IMG/VR virus record: IMGVR_UViG_3300032218_003260
Direction: 5' to 3' (one strand)
Source: a virus
Taxonomy: Duplodnaviria; Caudoviricetes
DNA length: 64,000 bases
Below the pieces are notes generated by a model. It was given only the letters and a program-made list of their open reading frames with translations. It did no database searches and was not told the origin of the DNA. Both the position numbers and the translations under genes were made by a program. Positions 37,410 to 46,189 of this stretch are shown here, piece by piece (position 1 is the stretch's first letter; each line of letters starts with the position of its first letter).

Positions 37410-37556
37410 GAGTGTTCTCTTCCTGTTTTGTTATCTGTGGCGGCTCTGGGTAATTACACCGGCCGCCTTCGCAACATGTTTCCAAAATAATGCGACAAAA
37501 TGGACACACCAGTTTGCCACGAATTTCAATTCCGGGGCTTTCGCATTGCGGGCACA

Positions 37557-38189
37557 TTACCACTCAAACTCCACCGGTTTGCGCGTCTTGTAGCTGAAGT
37601 CAACGTCGAGCGGCGACTGAAACCGCACACTAGGTAGAGGTAATTTAGGCGCTACCGCAGCTGTCCCGCCAAGTAAACCAGCAGCGGCAAGTGTCGGGAC
37701 GCCAAGTGGCGCGTCACCTACCGCGCGCACGCCCTTACCAACAGCCTGCAAGCCTTCGCCGGCTAAGTTCACTGCATGACCGGCGCCGCGCAAGCCCGAG
37801 CCGCCGAGTCGCATGCCGTGGCCAAGTACGCCGCGGATATCTCGGGTGGTTCGTGTGCTGCCGCTGCCAATATTGTTAATCATGCTCTTGCCGGTCGTCT
37901 GCATGCCGCGGCCCGTGCCTAACAGCAGTCCGCCAAGACCCGTTGAGTTGCCAAGGCTCGTACCGTCTTTTGGACTGAACGTGGGCCGGGCTTTTGTACC
38001 AATAATCTCGCCAGCGCCCTGTAAACCGCGGCCAAAACCTTTAACAATACTTTGCGAGCCGCGATTGATCGTCTGCGCGCCGCGGCCAATACCAGACGCC
38101 GCGTTAGCAAGCCGCGCGACAATCTTTTCAAACCCGGCGCCCTGTTTTTCTAGCTGGCCGACGTTGTATCCAAACTCATATGCGTTCAT
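37557..38189 (-). CDS. Gly-rich protein with MNAYEFG leader
   Basis: 210 aa; MNAYEFGYNVGQLEKQGAG; C-terminal TM-like segment. Confidence 0.7.
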   Translation of the reverse strand: MNAYEFGYNVGQLEKQGAGFEKIVARLANAASGIGRGAQTINRGSQSIVKGFGRGLQGAGEIIGTKARPTFSPKDGTSLGNSTGLGGLLLGTGRGMQTTGKSMINNIGSGSTRTTRDIRGVLGHGMRLGGSGLRGAGHAVNLAGEGLQAVGKGVRAVGDAPLGVPTLAAAGLLGGTAAVAPKLPLPSVRFQSPLDVDFSYKTRKPVEFEW

Positions 38190-38207
38190 GTTTACTGCTC
38201 CTCGATA

Positions 38208-38894
38208 TTAAAAGCTGGCCAGCGGTGTGTTGGCCTGACCGCCACCATAGATGCCGGGACCGCTGGGCTGGAACTGTTGTGCCGGTTGTCCGCCGCCAAC
38301 GCCCATCATGCCTAAACCTGCACTCCCCACGGCGCCCGCAATCGGTAACGCCAACGGAGCCGTTTGCATCGGATTCTTAATGGCAGCGTTGTACATCTTG
38401 CCAACCCTGCCCGGATTTTGAATTGTCGGCAGCGCCTTCTGCAAGACACCGCTGGCAGCCCGATTCGCGCCACTGACAGCCGCCGTGCCCTTGGTTAGAA
38501 ATTGCTGCGAACCGCGAGTGAGCGCTTTGCCAGTATTCGTAAAGCCGGCGCGGGCGAGCTGTTTGCCGCCGCCAGCAATCGCGCGGCCAACGCCCTTGGC
38601 AGCAAAGCCCCAGCCGGGAATGAAGCTCAGCGCGCCGCTCAACCCAGACATACCAGCGTCCATAAATCGGCCGTTGTACAGGTGACGCGAGACGTCGTTA
38701 ATCGCTGTGGGCACGCCGGTAAACGGGTTCGAGTACAGCGCCGTGTCAGCAATCATGCCGCGCTGCGTTGGGTCGCCTAACGGGTTGATTTGACCCATTG
38801 CTGACCCTGTACCAAGTACTGCGTCACCAAGGGCGTTCTGCGCCCGCTTTTCTGTTGCCAGCCCGACACTGTAGCCAAATTCATATGGACGCAT
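38208..38894 (-). CDS. Gly-rich protein with MRPYEFG leader
   Basis: Start MRPYEFGYSVGLATEKRAQ; the LSFIPGWG segment resembles pre-toxin/glycine-zipper helices. Confidence 0.65.
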   Translation of the reverse strand: MRPYEFGYSVGLATEKRAQNALGDAVLGTGSAMGQINPLGDPTQRGMIADTALYSNPFTGVPTAINDVSRHLYNGRFMDAGMSGLSGALSFIPGWGFAAKGVGRAIAGGGKQLARAGFTNTGKALTRGSQQFLTKGTAAVSGANRAASGVLQKALPTIQNPGRVGKMYNAAIKNPMQTAPLALPIAGAVGSAGLGMMGVGGGQPAQQFQPSGPGIYGGGQANTPLASF

Positions 38895-38920
38895 AGATAA
38901 CTCCAGCGGCGAACAGCAAT

Positions 38921-39460
38921 TTATTGTTTTGGCGCGCATTCCCGACTGCACCGAAATACCAGCGAATAGCGTGTATCCGCAACTGGGAGTATTTCATGGT
39001 TCCAATTGTAGCGAATTTCGTCGCGCAGTTGTACAAGACTTCGCGGCGGCAGTTCCACGGAAAAAGCACGCTTCTGCAGTGTAAACACCATGGTGGCAGG
39101 CGTAAGTAAGCTTAATACCGTGATTACCGCACCGCCTTCCGGTAAATCCACATGCGGTTTGATCACCTGTTTTTTCAAATATTGATTCAGCGTAATGGAG
39201 TCCGGGCGCTGTTCTACAAGGTTCTGCGCCACAAGCCTGTCCAGCACAAACTGAAAATGTTCTGGAATCGTGTCCGACAAAATATCATTCGGATACGGAA
39301 CAGGCGAACCCCACCGCTGAATCACGTTTCGCGTACGGGCGTGCCGGCGGGTGTACCCAGTTGGAATGTTCGCTTCGATGTGCGCGAGCAATGTTTGTTC
39401 TTCAACGGGCGACAAAAACTTGTCAATAAGCGTGAGTGTGTAAACATCGGATGGGAGCAT
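38921..39460 (-). CDS. AlkB-like 2OG-Fe(II) dioxygenase
   Basis: 179 aa; LNQY...IKPHVD, VLSL, PRSL...RYNWNHEI and RYSLVFR. Confidence 0.85.
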   Translation of the reverse strand: MLPSDVYTLTLIDKFLSPVEEQTLLAHIEANIPTGYTRRHARTRNVIQRWGSPVPYPNDILSDTIPEHFQFVLDRLVAQNLVEQRPDSITLNQYLKKQVIKPHVDLPEGGAVITVLSLLTPATMVFTLQKRAFSVELPPRSLVQLRDEIRYNWNHEILPVADTRYSLVFRCSRECAPKQ

Positions 39461-39475
39461 GACTGCAATCGCCGT

Positions 39476-39850
39476 TTATTGGTGTGGCGCGGTTGGGCAT
39501 CGACGCTGTGCACGCATTTCTCTGCGAAAAGCCGCCGCCATTTTGCGCACATTGCGGTTATAGCAATGATAGTTAAAAAAGTGCCCAAACATAAAGTGAC
39601 ACGGCGACTCACACAACGTCATAAGATTGCTTTCAGTCAATTCCAACTCCGGCGCAATGCTGACCGGAAAAATATGATGCACGGCAAGGTTTTTTGTCCG
39701 CCCGCACACTTCGCAGGCGGGATGTTTTTTTAAATGCTCGGCCCTGACTCTGCGCCACTCGCCTGCTCGCTGCCGCTGTTCAAGGATGTACCGAGGCCGC
39801 AACCAGAGCGGCAGCCAGCTGACGAAGTAGTCGCGCAAGTAAGTAAACAT
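39476..39850 (-). CDS. HNH endonuclease
   Basis: 124 aa; CEVCG...VHHIFP...NLMTLC...CHFMFGH. Confidence 0.85.
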   Translation of the reverse strand: MFTYLRDYFVSWLPLWLRPRYILEQRQRAGEWRRVRAEHLKKHPACEVCGRTKNLAVHHIFPVSIAPELELTESNLMTLCESPCHFMFGHFFNYHCYNRNVRKMAAAFRREMRAQRRCPTAPHQ

Positions 39851-39972
39851 GGTCGGACTTTCGTACTGCCGCGAGCATACGGCGGGTCATACGGGCAGTG
39901 TTTGCATTTTTTGCCGCAACAACTGCGCTGCGCCAGAAGAATTTCGCGAGATAGCGGCGGATACTTACTCAC
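39730..39972 (-). CDS. Small Cys-rich protein (DUF5522-like CCxxxCxHCPY)
   Basis: SCCGKKCKHCPY motif; the 3' part overlaps the HNH gene. Confidence 0.4.
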   Translation of the reverse strand: MSKYPPLSREILLAQRSCCGKKCKHCPYDPPYARGSTKVRPCLLTCATTSSAGCRSGCGLGTSLNSGSEQASGAESGPSI

Positions 39973-40222
39973 ATTCGTTGTACTTCACAACCAGATACGT
40001 CCCGAGAAAAGCACCGAGCGCCAACGGGAATACATACAGCGGATTCTTAGAATACGAAAGCACGCCATACGCGCCCAAGCTATACAAAAAAGAACTTACC
40101 ACCGCGGCGTTAATTGGTTGGCGCTTGCCGACGCAAATTACATACATGGCATACAGAATATCAATGACTACGTACGTCACGAAGATCATGCCCGCCGTAG
40201 GCCAGTGAAAATCCTGCCACAT
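39965..40222 (-). CDS. Small multi-pass membrane protein
   Basis: Start MWQDF; three TM helices ending GAFLGTYLVVK. Confidence 0.65.
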   Translation of the reverse strand: MWQDFHWPTAGMIFVTYVVIDILYAMYVICVGKRQPINAAVVSSFLYSLGAYGVLSYSKNPLYVFPLALGAFLGTYLVVKYNECE

Positions 40223-40232
40223 AGTTGTTGCC

Positions 40233-40586
40233 TCACATGACAGTAGACGCGTGTGTGAACTTCTTCTCGTAGTGCGAATAGATCTCAGCAAACGCCACGC
40301 CCCACGCAGCGTCGTGGGCGAGCTTGTTAAACGCAGCGTCGTCCACCGCGGTATCCAGTCGGTGATTCCATGCCCGTGCGTGCGCCCACTCATGGATCAA
40401 AACGTCCATAGCGCGAGATTCATCCAGACTTTTGTCAATCTGAATGTGGAACTTCTTGCCCTGTTTCCAGCAGCGGCCCTCTAGTTTAGATAGCTTTACC
40501 CGCCGCGCACTGACGGGAAAAGCCGCGGGACACTCGTCTTTGAGCATCCGCAGGAGGGCTTGGTAATACTTAAAACGAGCCGCCAT
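40233..40586 (-). CDS. SprT-like HExxH metallopeptidase-fold protein
   Basis: GGAGG RBS then MAARF; VLIHEWAHA...HDAAWG. Confidence 0.65.
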   Translation of the reverse strand: MAARFKYYQALLRMLKDECPAAFPVSARRVKLSKLEGRCWKQGKKFHIQIDKSLDESRAMDVLIHEWAHARAWNHRLDTAVDDAAFNKLAHDAAWGVAFAEIYSHYEKKFTHASTVM

Positions 40587-40703
40587 GCTCAGTCCTCCTG
40601 AAGGGCGTCCTTGCCGCAACAGGGTGATTATACTTGAGCTGGCGGAGTTTGGCGCCGCAGTTTATTTGCGACTCATAAAAAATCTGCAGCGTCGTCGGAA
40701 GTT

Positions 40704-41105
40704 TCAGAGATCGGGGCTTTCGCCCAAAGTTGTGATTTTTGGCGGGGCGGGCGGGCGGGCAGGAGCTGTAGGTCGGGCGGGAACTTGCGGTTTAGGCGGG
40801 AGAGGCGCAGCCGACATTCCAGCACGCCCTAAACCTCCGCGAGAAGCGCCCAATGAATTAAATCGTTGGGTTTGCGCTTGAGCTGCCGTCACCCCTGCCT
40901 GTTGCGATTGCGGAACCGGAACATTCTGGCCCGTAGGCGTCTGTACCCGAACACCATTTACATACTGCCCAGCCGGAAGATTCGCCTTTAAACGCGCATT
41001 CCGAATTCGGGCCTCAATTCCCTCTCGGTCTAACCCCTCGTCATCAATATTGGGGTAAGCATCGAGGGCTTGTTTTATTAACCGACCAAACTCAAATGGA
41101 TTCAC
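40704..41105 (-). CDS. Pro-rich protein with MNPFEFG leader
   Basis: 133 aa; MNPFEFGRLIKQAL. Confidence 0.65.
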   Translation of the reverse strand: MNPFEFGRLIKQALDAYPNIDDEGLDREGIEARIRNARLKANLPAGQYVNGVRVQTPTGQNVPVPQSQQAGVTAAQAQTQRFNSLGASRGGLGRAGMSAAPLPPKPQVPARPTAPARPPAPPKITTLGESPDL

Positions 41106-41197
41106 GATAATTCCTATGTTATTTTAGTCCAAACATGTTCGTGGTTCTGCCGTATGTCTGTTGCGACGCTGGCGGAGTTTGGTGGCAGCGATTTATT

Positions 41198-42757
41198 CTA
41201 GAAAAAATCCGCGGCATCGTCGGATGTTACAGACTTCTTCGGATACGGTGGCGCTGCAGAAACGGTTGGCGCGGCCGCAGATGGCGCAGGAACTGAAGTC
41301 GGGGCGGGTTGCGGCATTAATTTACCCTGCTGAAAAGTGCCGCTCATTGTTGTCGCGCCCGGATTTGCTGCGCGAAGCTGTTGCGCCTGTTGCGCCATAC
41401 CCTGCTGACGATTTGCCATTTCCTGCCCCTTGCCTTTACCAAACACACGCGAATAAGCCGCCGGATCAACAGCATTCTTCTGCAGCTGCGCTAGCACAGC
41501 TGCGGCGCTTTTTTTAACTTCTTCGTCGCCCGAGTCTTCCGACTTTTCTTCGGACTTTTCTTCTTTTTCGTCGCTTTCGGGCTTTTTCTTTTTCTTGCCG
41601 ATACTGGAGCCGATGTTACTACCCAGATGCGCACCGGCACCCAAACCAGCAGCGCCGCCCGCTAACAGGCCGATACCGGCTCCGGGGCCGCCACCCAGCG
41701 CACCACCAGCGAGCGCGCCCATGATCCCGCCACCAGCGCCACCAGCCAGCCCGCCGATGCCTCCGCCAGCCACGCCGCCCAGCGTAGAGAGCAGCGACGA
41801 TTGTTTTTGCGCGCCGTAACGCGGCACATCGGGCGTGCCGGTTAACACGCGCATCAGCGGCGCCGTCATCTGTTGAAACGGCGATAATCCGTCTCGATCA
41901 AGACCGCCCACAATTCGTTTGAGGAGAAGAGTTTTGTTTACAGGAGCCACGGGTTTTGCGGCCGGTGTTTTAAGCGATCGGTAGGCTTCGCTCGCGGCCA
42001 GCGCACCACCGGCGCCAGCAGTCCCGGCAACAGCCGGATAAAACACGTCATCACTGGCTAAAGTTTTTGTCGCCTTGCCCAGACCCTTTTGAAGGCTTTT
42101 CAGAATAGATGAGCCTGCGCCAGCTTCTTTATTTTCCCACGACGGCTTGCCAATAGCAGCGCTGGCGCCAGCATAGCCCAGTCCAGCGCCGCCTACAGCG
42201 CCTGTTGTACCGCCGCGCACAATCGCATTGCGCAGATACGCGTCAGAGTATGGCGAAAGCTGTCCCGGGCTACGAATCGGGACTTTCTTGCCGCCGCGTG
42301 ACATCGTCCGGCCGCCGCGCTGTACAAACCGCTTGAGTGCGTCGGCTAATTGCGCCGCGCTCGGACCAAAGAGTGTTTTGCCGATACGAGGACTTGCCGC
42401 TGCGAGTGCAAGAGCCCCCAGCGCTCCGCCTATGCCGCCGCCAATCATGCCGGCACCCGTGCCAGTGCCTTTGACAGCGCCGCGGCCCAGTCCTTCCATA
42501 CGGTGCCCAGATGGCGACGTAACCGCGCCCAGACCAGCACCGACACCGGCTGTGATCGGCAGCGTCACAAACGCCTGTTTGCCCATGGTCTTACCAACCT
42601 GCATACCAAATTGCTGGGGCGTCACGCTCATTCGATCACCTGTAGCTTGCATATGGTTTTGAATCTTGCGCGACGCCACATGCTGCATGATCTTTTCAAA
42701 CAGCTTGCGCCGCGACAGCGCTAACTCAGTTAGTTTATTTACTGGAATCGGCGGCAT
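41198..42757 (-). CDS. Glycine-zipper polyprotein-like virion protein
   Basis: 519 aa (alternative start 42631, MSVTPQQFG...GKQAF); several GxxxG arrays separated by KQA/KEA/KQS/KSA/KNA. Confidence 0.7.
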   Translation of the reverse strand: MPPIPVNKLTELALSRRKLFEKIMQHVASRKIQNHMQATGDRMSVTPQQFGMQVGKTMGKQAFVTLPITAGVGAGLGAVTSPSGHRMEGLGRGAVKGTGTGAGMIGGGIGGALGALALAAASPRIGKTLFGPSAAQLADALKRFVQRGGRTMSRGGKKVPIRSPGQLSPYSDAYLRNAIVRGGTTGAVGGAGLGYAGASAAIGKPSWENKEAGAGSSILKSLQKGLGKATKTLASDDVFYPAVAGTAGAGGALAASEAYRSLKTPAAKPVAPVNKTLLLKRIVGGLDRDGLSPFQQMTAPLMRVLTGTPDVPRYGAQKQSSLLSTLGGVAGGGIGGLAGGAGGGIMGALAGGALGGGPGAGIGLLAGGAAGLGAGAHLGSNIGSSIGKKKKKPESDEKEEKSEEKSEDSGDEEVKKSAAAVLAQLQKNAVDPAAYSRVFGKGKGQEMANRQQGMAQQAQQLRAANPGATTMSGTFQQGKLMPQPAPTSVPAPSAAAPTVSAAPPYPKKSVTSDDAADFF

Positions 42758-45290
42758 TTTCGTCGTCCAGAATGCTGGCGCTGGGTTGTGGCTTGGCGTC
42801 TGGATATTTTAACAGCCGGCGCTTCTTCTTTGAAAGCGGCTTATTGGGCGGTGTTAATTTGAGCGTTTGAAACACGGCGCTCGCTTTTTCCTGCACTTCT
42901 TTGTCTTCTGTTAATTCTCCGCGCCGCCGCTTGAGATACTTTTGTAACTCTTGCTCCTGATAGGCTTGAAGCATGGTTTTTACTTTGTCAGCCCGAGTGC
43001 GCGAGACTAGCTTTGCTGGGTCAATCGCCCAGTGCTGTAGCGCCCAGCCACGTCTTGGCGTGGGATTAGACATAAACGGGCCGCCATGTCTGGCTTTGAA
43101 GCTTGCCCAGCGCTTGATCTGTCGCGTGTCTTCGTCGGGAATGCGGCGGCCTGAGTTATAGTTCTGGTACCACTCCAGCCAGCCCTTGGGATCATGCTCT
43201 GTCACCCATTCTGGCTTCCATTCGCCCAAGCTAGCTAACCGCGGGCCTTCTTTCTCATAGAGCGATTTGTACACACCCATGCGATGTAACTGGCCCGGTG
43301 TAAAATCAGGTTGGAAATCAGGCAGCTCGGCGGCGGCTCGTTTCAAAAGCGCAGACACAACGCACGTCACCTGACCCGGTTCCGCTTCGGTGACGTGTTT
43401 GTGACAGGAAACCGGAAAAACATCCCCGCGTTGTGCCTGCGCTATTTTGTCTTGCACGTACTTCTGCATCGGCAATTCTTCCAGCGTCGTATGCTCGTAC
43501 GGGTTGCCTAACAGATCAAGTTGTTTGATGGCAGCACGCAGTTTGTAGATTGCCGCATTACCTGCAGGTTCACGTCCCGGTTTCCATTTGGGTTGGGTGC
43601 CAAATTTGTGCTTTTCAACTAAATCGTCGTCAGACCACGTCTTGCCTGTGTCGACGTGAAACCGGCCCATAAGTTTAGCCGTGTCTAAGTCTGGCGTAAC
43701 ATAACTGCCAGCGGCCAATGTTTGTAAATCAGCATTGGGCGAACCATGGTAGAACGTGCGTTGTTCCGCCACTTTCTGCTTGCGATATTTGTCGCCCTCG
43801 TCTTGCAAAATCTTGCGGAAGATCTCGTTGAGCTGTTCTTTCTCGGCCGTGAGGTGTTCAAGTACTTCGTCGCCAGTACGCTCGCGCTGATATCCCATGA
43901 GCTTGCCGATGATGCTCGGATCTTGGCTGGCGCTTAGATATCTTTGGACTTGAACGTTCTTGAGTTCTTCCGGTAAGTCTCTGTGCGAGTCAAAGCGCAG
44001 ACCACGACCGCGAGCTTGCTGGCTGCGCGACTCATGCCAGTGCGGGTCTAGAAGCTGGATGAGACTCGTACCCTTGGTGGACAAGCCTTCAGCGCCAGCC
44101 GGGCCGATGAGTAACGCCCGGAGCTTGCCGGTGTTGTATGCGTCCACGGCAGCTTGGCGCGCCTTTGTGCTAACGCCGCCGTGGAAAAACGCATGCGGGA
44201 TCTTGGCTTTCTCTAGGCCAGCAGCGTAGGGGGCCAAGCCAGAGTCAATAAAGTTGGAATAGATGATGGCTTTCTTGCGTTTGTCTTCGCCCAGCGTCTT
44301 TTGCAGGTTTTGAAACGCCGTCTGTAACTTTGCGCTCTGCTGAAACGCCTTGGCTGGATCTTTGTCAGCGCGAAAAGGCTGTGTACTGAGACTTACTTGA
44401 CGTAAACCAGTGAGGAAGCTGTTTAACTTCGCCAGCTCGTCTTTGGATAGCGGGAACTCTTGGTCCAACTTCCATAAGAACCCCGGCGGAATCTTCGTGC
44501 GAATAGCTTTTTGAATCTTGTCCTGCGCGGGAGACAGGGGCACACGCACGGTTTCTTCGTTAACATTCACGCCTTCAGGAGTCTTGCTCGGCTGGTAATC
44601 CACCTTGCCCTGTAGCAAGCTTCGCAATTCTTTCTCATTCTTCACCACGGGTTTCACACCGGGCTTCACGCCGCGCAGCCAGCCAAATAAGCCCGGTCGC
44701 ACAGTCTTATAGTCGATGTAGCGCTTCTCGAATTCCTCGGGCGTGATCGATTTGTTGTTCAGCATCGACAACAAGTTCGCCAAGTCCGTGGGCGAATTTG
44801 TGATCGGCGAGCCTGTGAGCAGCAGCAGGCGTTTGGCTTGAGCAGCAGCTTCCGCGGCGCCAGCAGAACTCGCGCTCCCCGGATTACGCAGCCTATGCGC
44901 CTCGTCCATGATGAGCGTTTTGGGCGGCGTTTGGAACTTCTTGCCCAAAGCTAATCCCGTGTAGCTCATGATCTCGGGGTTAGAATTCCGCGTGAACTTT
45001 TTGATCTCTTTATCGAAGTTACCGCGCAAGCTCGCCGGAACCACCACGCCATAGTCTTCGTTGTCTTGCTCTTTGGCCGCTTCAGCAGCAGCCAGAGACG
45101 AGAGTGATTTCCCGGAACCCAGCCCGTGATACACAAGCAGTCTGGGATCTGGGCCGGCAATACGGTCGGCAATCCGCTGCTGATGCTCTTGCAGCTGGAT
45201 TTCGGGAAGTAGTTCTGCGACTTTATGCCACAGGCCAGCCGGAAGCGCGGATGTCTTCGGCGCAATGTCGTCGTCGAGAATGCTGTTCAT
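42735..45290 (-). CDS. Multidomain protein: SF2 helicase + ART-like domain + DPxGW domain
   Basis: 851 aa; HGLGSGKS, MDEAH, LTGSP and QQARGRGLRFDSH; then FYHGSP...SYVTP; then DPKGWLEWYQNYNSGRR...RQIKRW. Confidence 0.85.
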   Translation of the reverse strand: MNSILDDDIAPKTSALPAGLWHKVAELLPEIQLQEHQQRIADRIAGPDPRLLVYHGLGSGKSLSSLAAAEAAKEQDNEDYGVVVPASLRGNFDKEIKKFTRNSNPEIMSYTGLALGKKFQTPPKTLIMDEAHRLRNPGSASSAGAAEAAAQAKRLLLLTGSPITNSPTDLANLLSMLNNKSITPEEFEKRYIDYKTVRPGLFGWLRGVKPGVKPVVKNEKELRSLLQGKVDYQPSKTPEGVNVNEETVRVPLSPAQDKIQKAIRTKIPPGFLWKLDQEFPLSKDELAKLNSFLTGLRQVSLSTQPFRADKDPAKAFQQSAKLQTAFQNLQKTLGEDKRKKAIIYSNFIDSGLAPYAAGLEKAKIPHAFFHGGVSTKARQAAVDAYNTGKLRALLIGPAGAEGLSTKGTSLIQLLDPHWHESRSQQARGRGLRFDSHRDLPEELKNVQVQRYLSASQDPSIIGKLMGYQRERTGDEVLEHLTAEKEQLNEIFRKILQDEGDKYRKQKVAEQRTFYHGSPNADLQTLAAGSYVTPDLDTAKLMGRFHVDTGKTWSDDDLVEKHKFGTQPKWKPGREPAGNAAIYKLRAAIKQLDLLGNPYEHTTLEELPMQKYVQDKIAQAQRGDVFPVSCHKHVTEAEPGQVTCVVSALLKRAAAELPDFQPDFTPGQLHRMGVYKSLYEKEGPRLASLGEWKPEWVTEHDPKGWLEWYQNYNSGRRIPDEDTRQIKRWASFKARHGGPFMSNPTPRRGWALQHWAIDPAKLVSRTRADKVKTMLQAYQEQELQKYLKRRRGELTEDKEVQEKASAVFQTLKLTPPNKPLSKKKRRLLKYPDAKPQPSASILDDENAADSSK

Positions 45291-45302
45291 GAACCACGTG
45301 AC

Positions 45303-46151
45303 CTATTTTGACTCATTTATATCTAAATGGGTCGCCGGCTCTGGACCCGTGGTAGCCTGCGCGGCAAGCGCTAGCTCGTGCTGCTTGATCTGCGATTCTA
45401 CCCAATCCCGGTACATACTCACACGGGTAAAAGCACTGTCGTCGCCATACGTGCCGTCCGGTTTACCGTCGTCGTGGGCCAGAAACGAATTAATTCCGGC
45501 TAATTCGTTGCCGATAAACATTCCGCCGCCAGAATCACCGGGGGCAATCATGAACTCTAGCGGAAACCGGCCGTCTTTGCGGGGGGCGCAGGCGACCACC
45601 GAGAGAAACGCCGCCGAAAGCTTATTCTGTCCGGCGCGGCGTTGGTTGTCTGATTTGGTGGCGCCCGTTGTAAAGTTTCCAGTTGAACCCCAGCCCGCGA
45701 TGGTGACAGCCTGCCCAAGTTCATCTGCTTTTGTGTACAGCGGCACGTAGAAGTTCAGCTTGAAATCATCGTCAACATAACAGAGCGCAATGTCGTGCAG
45801 GCCAACTTTGTTTTCGTTGTAGTCCTTGTGCTGCACCTTGTAGGCCACGTGGTGTTTCTTCTCGCCAACATAAATCACGTCGTCTTTGGAGCCGTTAATA
45901 ACATGCGCCGCGGTCAACGCCCAGTGCGGTCTAATAATGACCGCTGATGCCAGTTGTTCGTGGTTCTTTTCGCACTTCTTGCAGTCGACGTTATTGGTAA
46001 TTCGGACTACAAACGGAAATTGCTTGCCAAATTCGACGTACTTGTCGTCGGGAGTGCTGGGGTCGATCGTGCCGGCCATCGCGGCACGCGATACAGCCAA
46101 GAGAATAATCACGAATCGTAGTAGGCGGGCAAATAGTTCTTGCACGTTCAT
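45303..46151 (-). CDS. Exported trypsin-like (S1) serine protease
   Basis: 282 aa; signal-like N-terminus, LTAAHV, HDIAL and GDSGG. Confidence 0.92.
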   Translation of the reverse strand: MNVQELFARLLRFVIILLAVSRAAMAGTIDPSTPDDKYVEFGKQFPFVVRITNNVDCKKCEKNHEQLASAVIIRPHWALTAAHVINGSKDDVIYVGEKKHHVAYKVQHKDYNENKVGLHDIALCYVDDDFKLNFYVPLYTKADELGQAVTIAGWGSTGNFTTGATKSDNQRRAGQNKLSAAFLSVVACAPRKDGRFPLEFMIAPGDSGGGMFIGNELAGINSFLAHDDGKPDGTYGDDSAFTRVSMYRDWVESQIKQHELALAAQATTGPEPATHLDINESK

Positions 46152-46189
46152 GGCAAGCCCCCAGTCTTTGATATGTAAGTGTTGCTATC

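Noticed and set aside
11991-45290. Eukaryotic giant-virus (NCLDV) or cellular origin, suggested by the RNAP, NPH-I-like helicase, MMP, actin and ceramidase
   Set aside because: Shine-Dalgarno starts, operonic overlaps, tmRNA, intrinsic terminators, bacterial-type beta/beta' motifs and a prohead protease/capsid module indicate a tailed bacteriophage; no ribosomal protein genes flank the RNAP genes.
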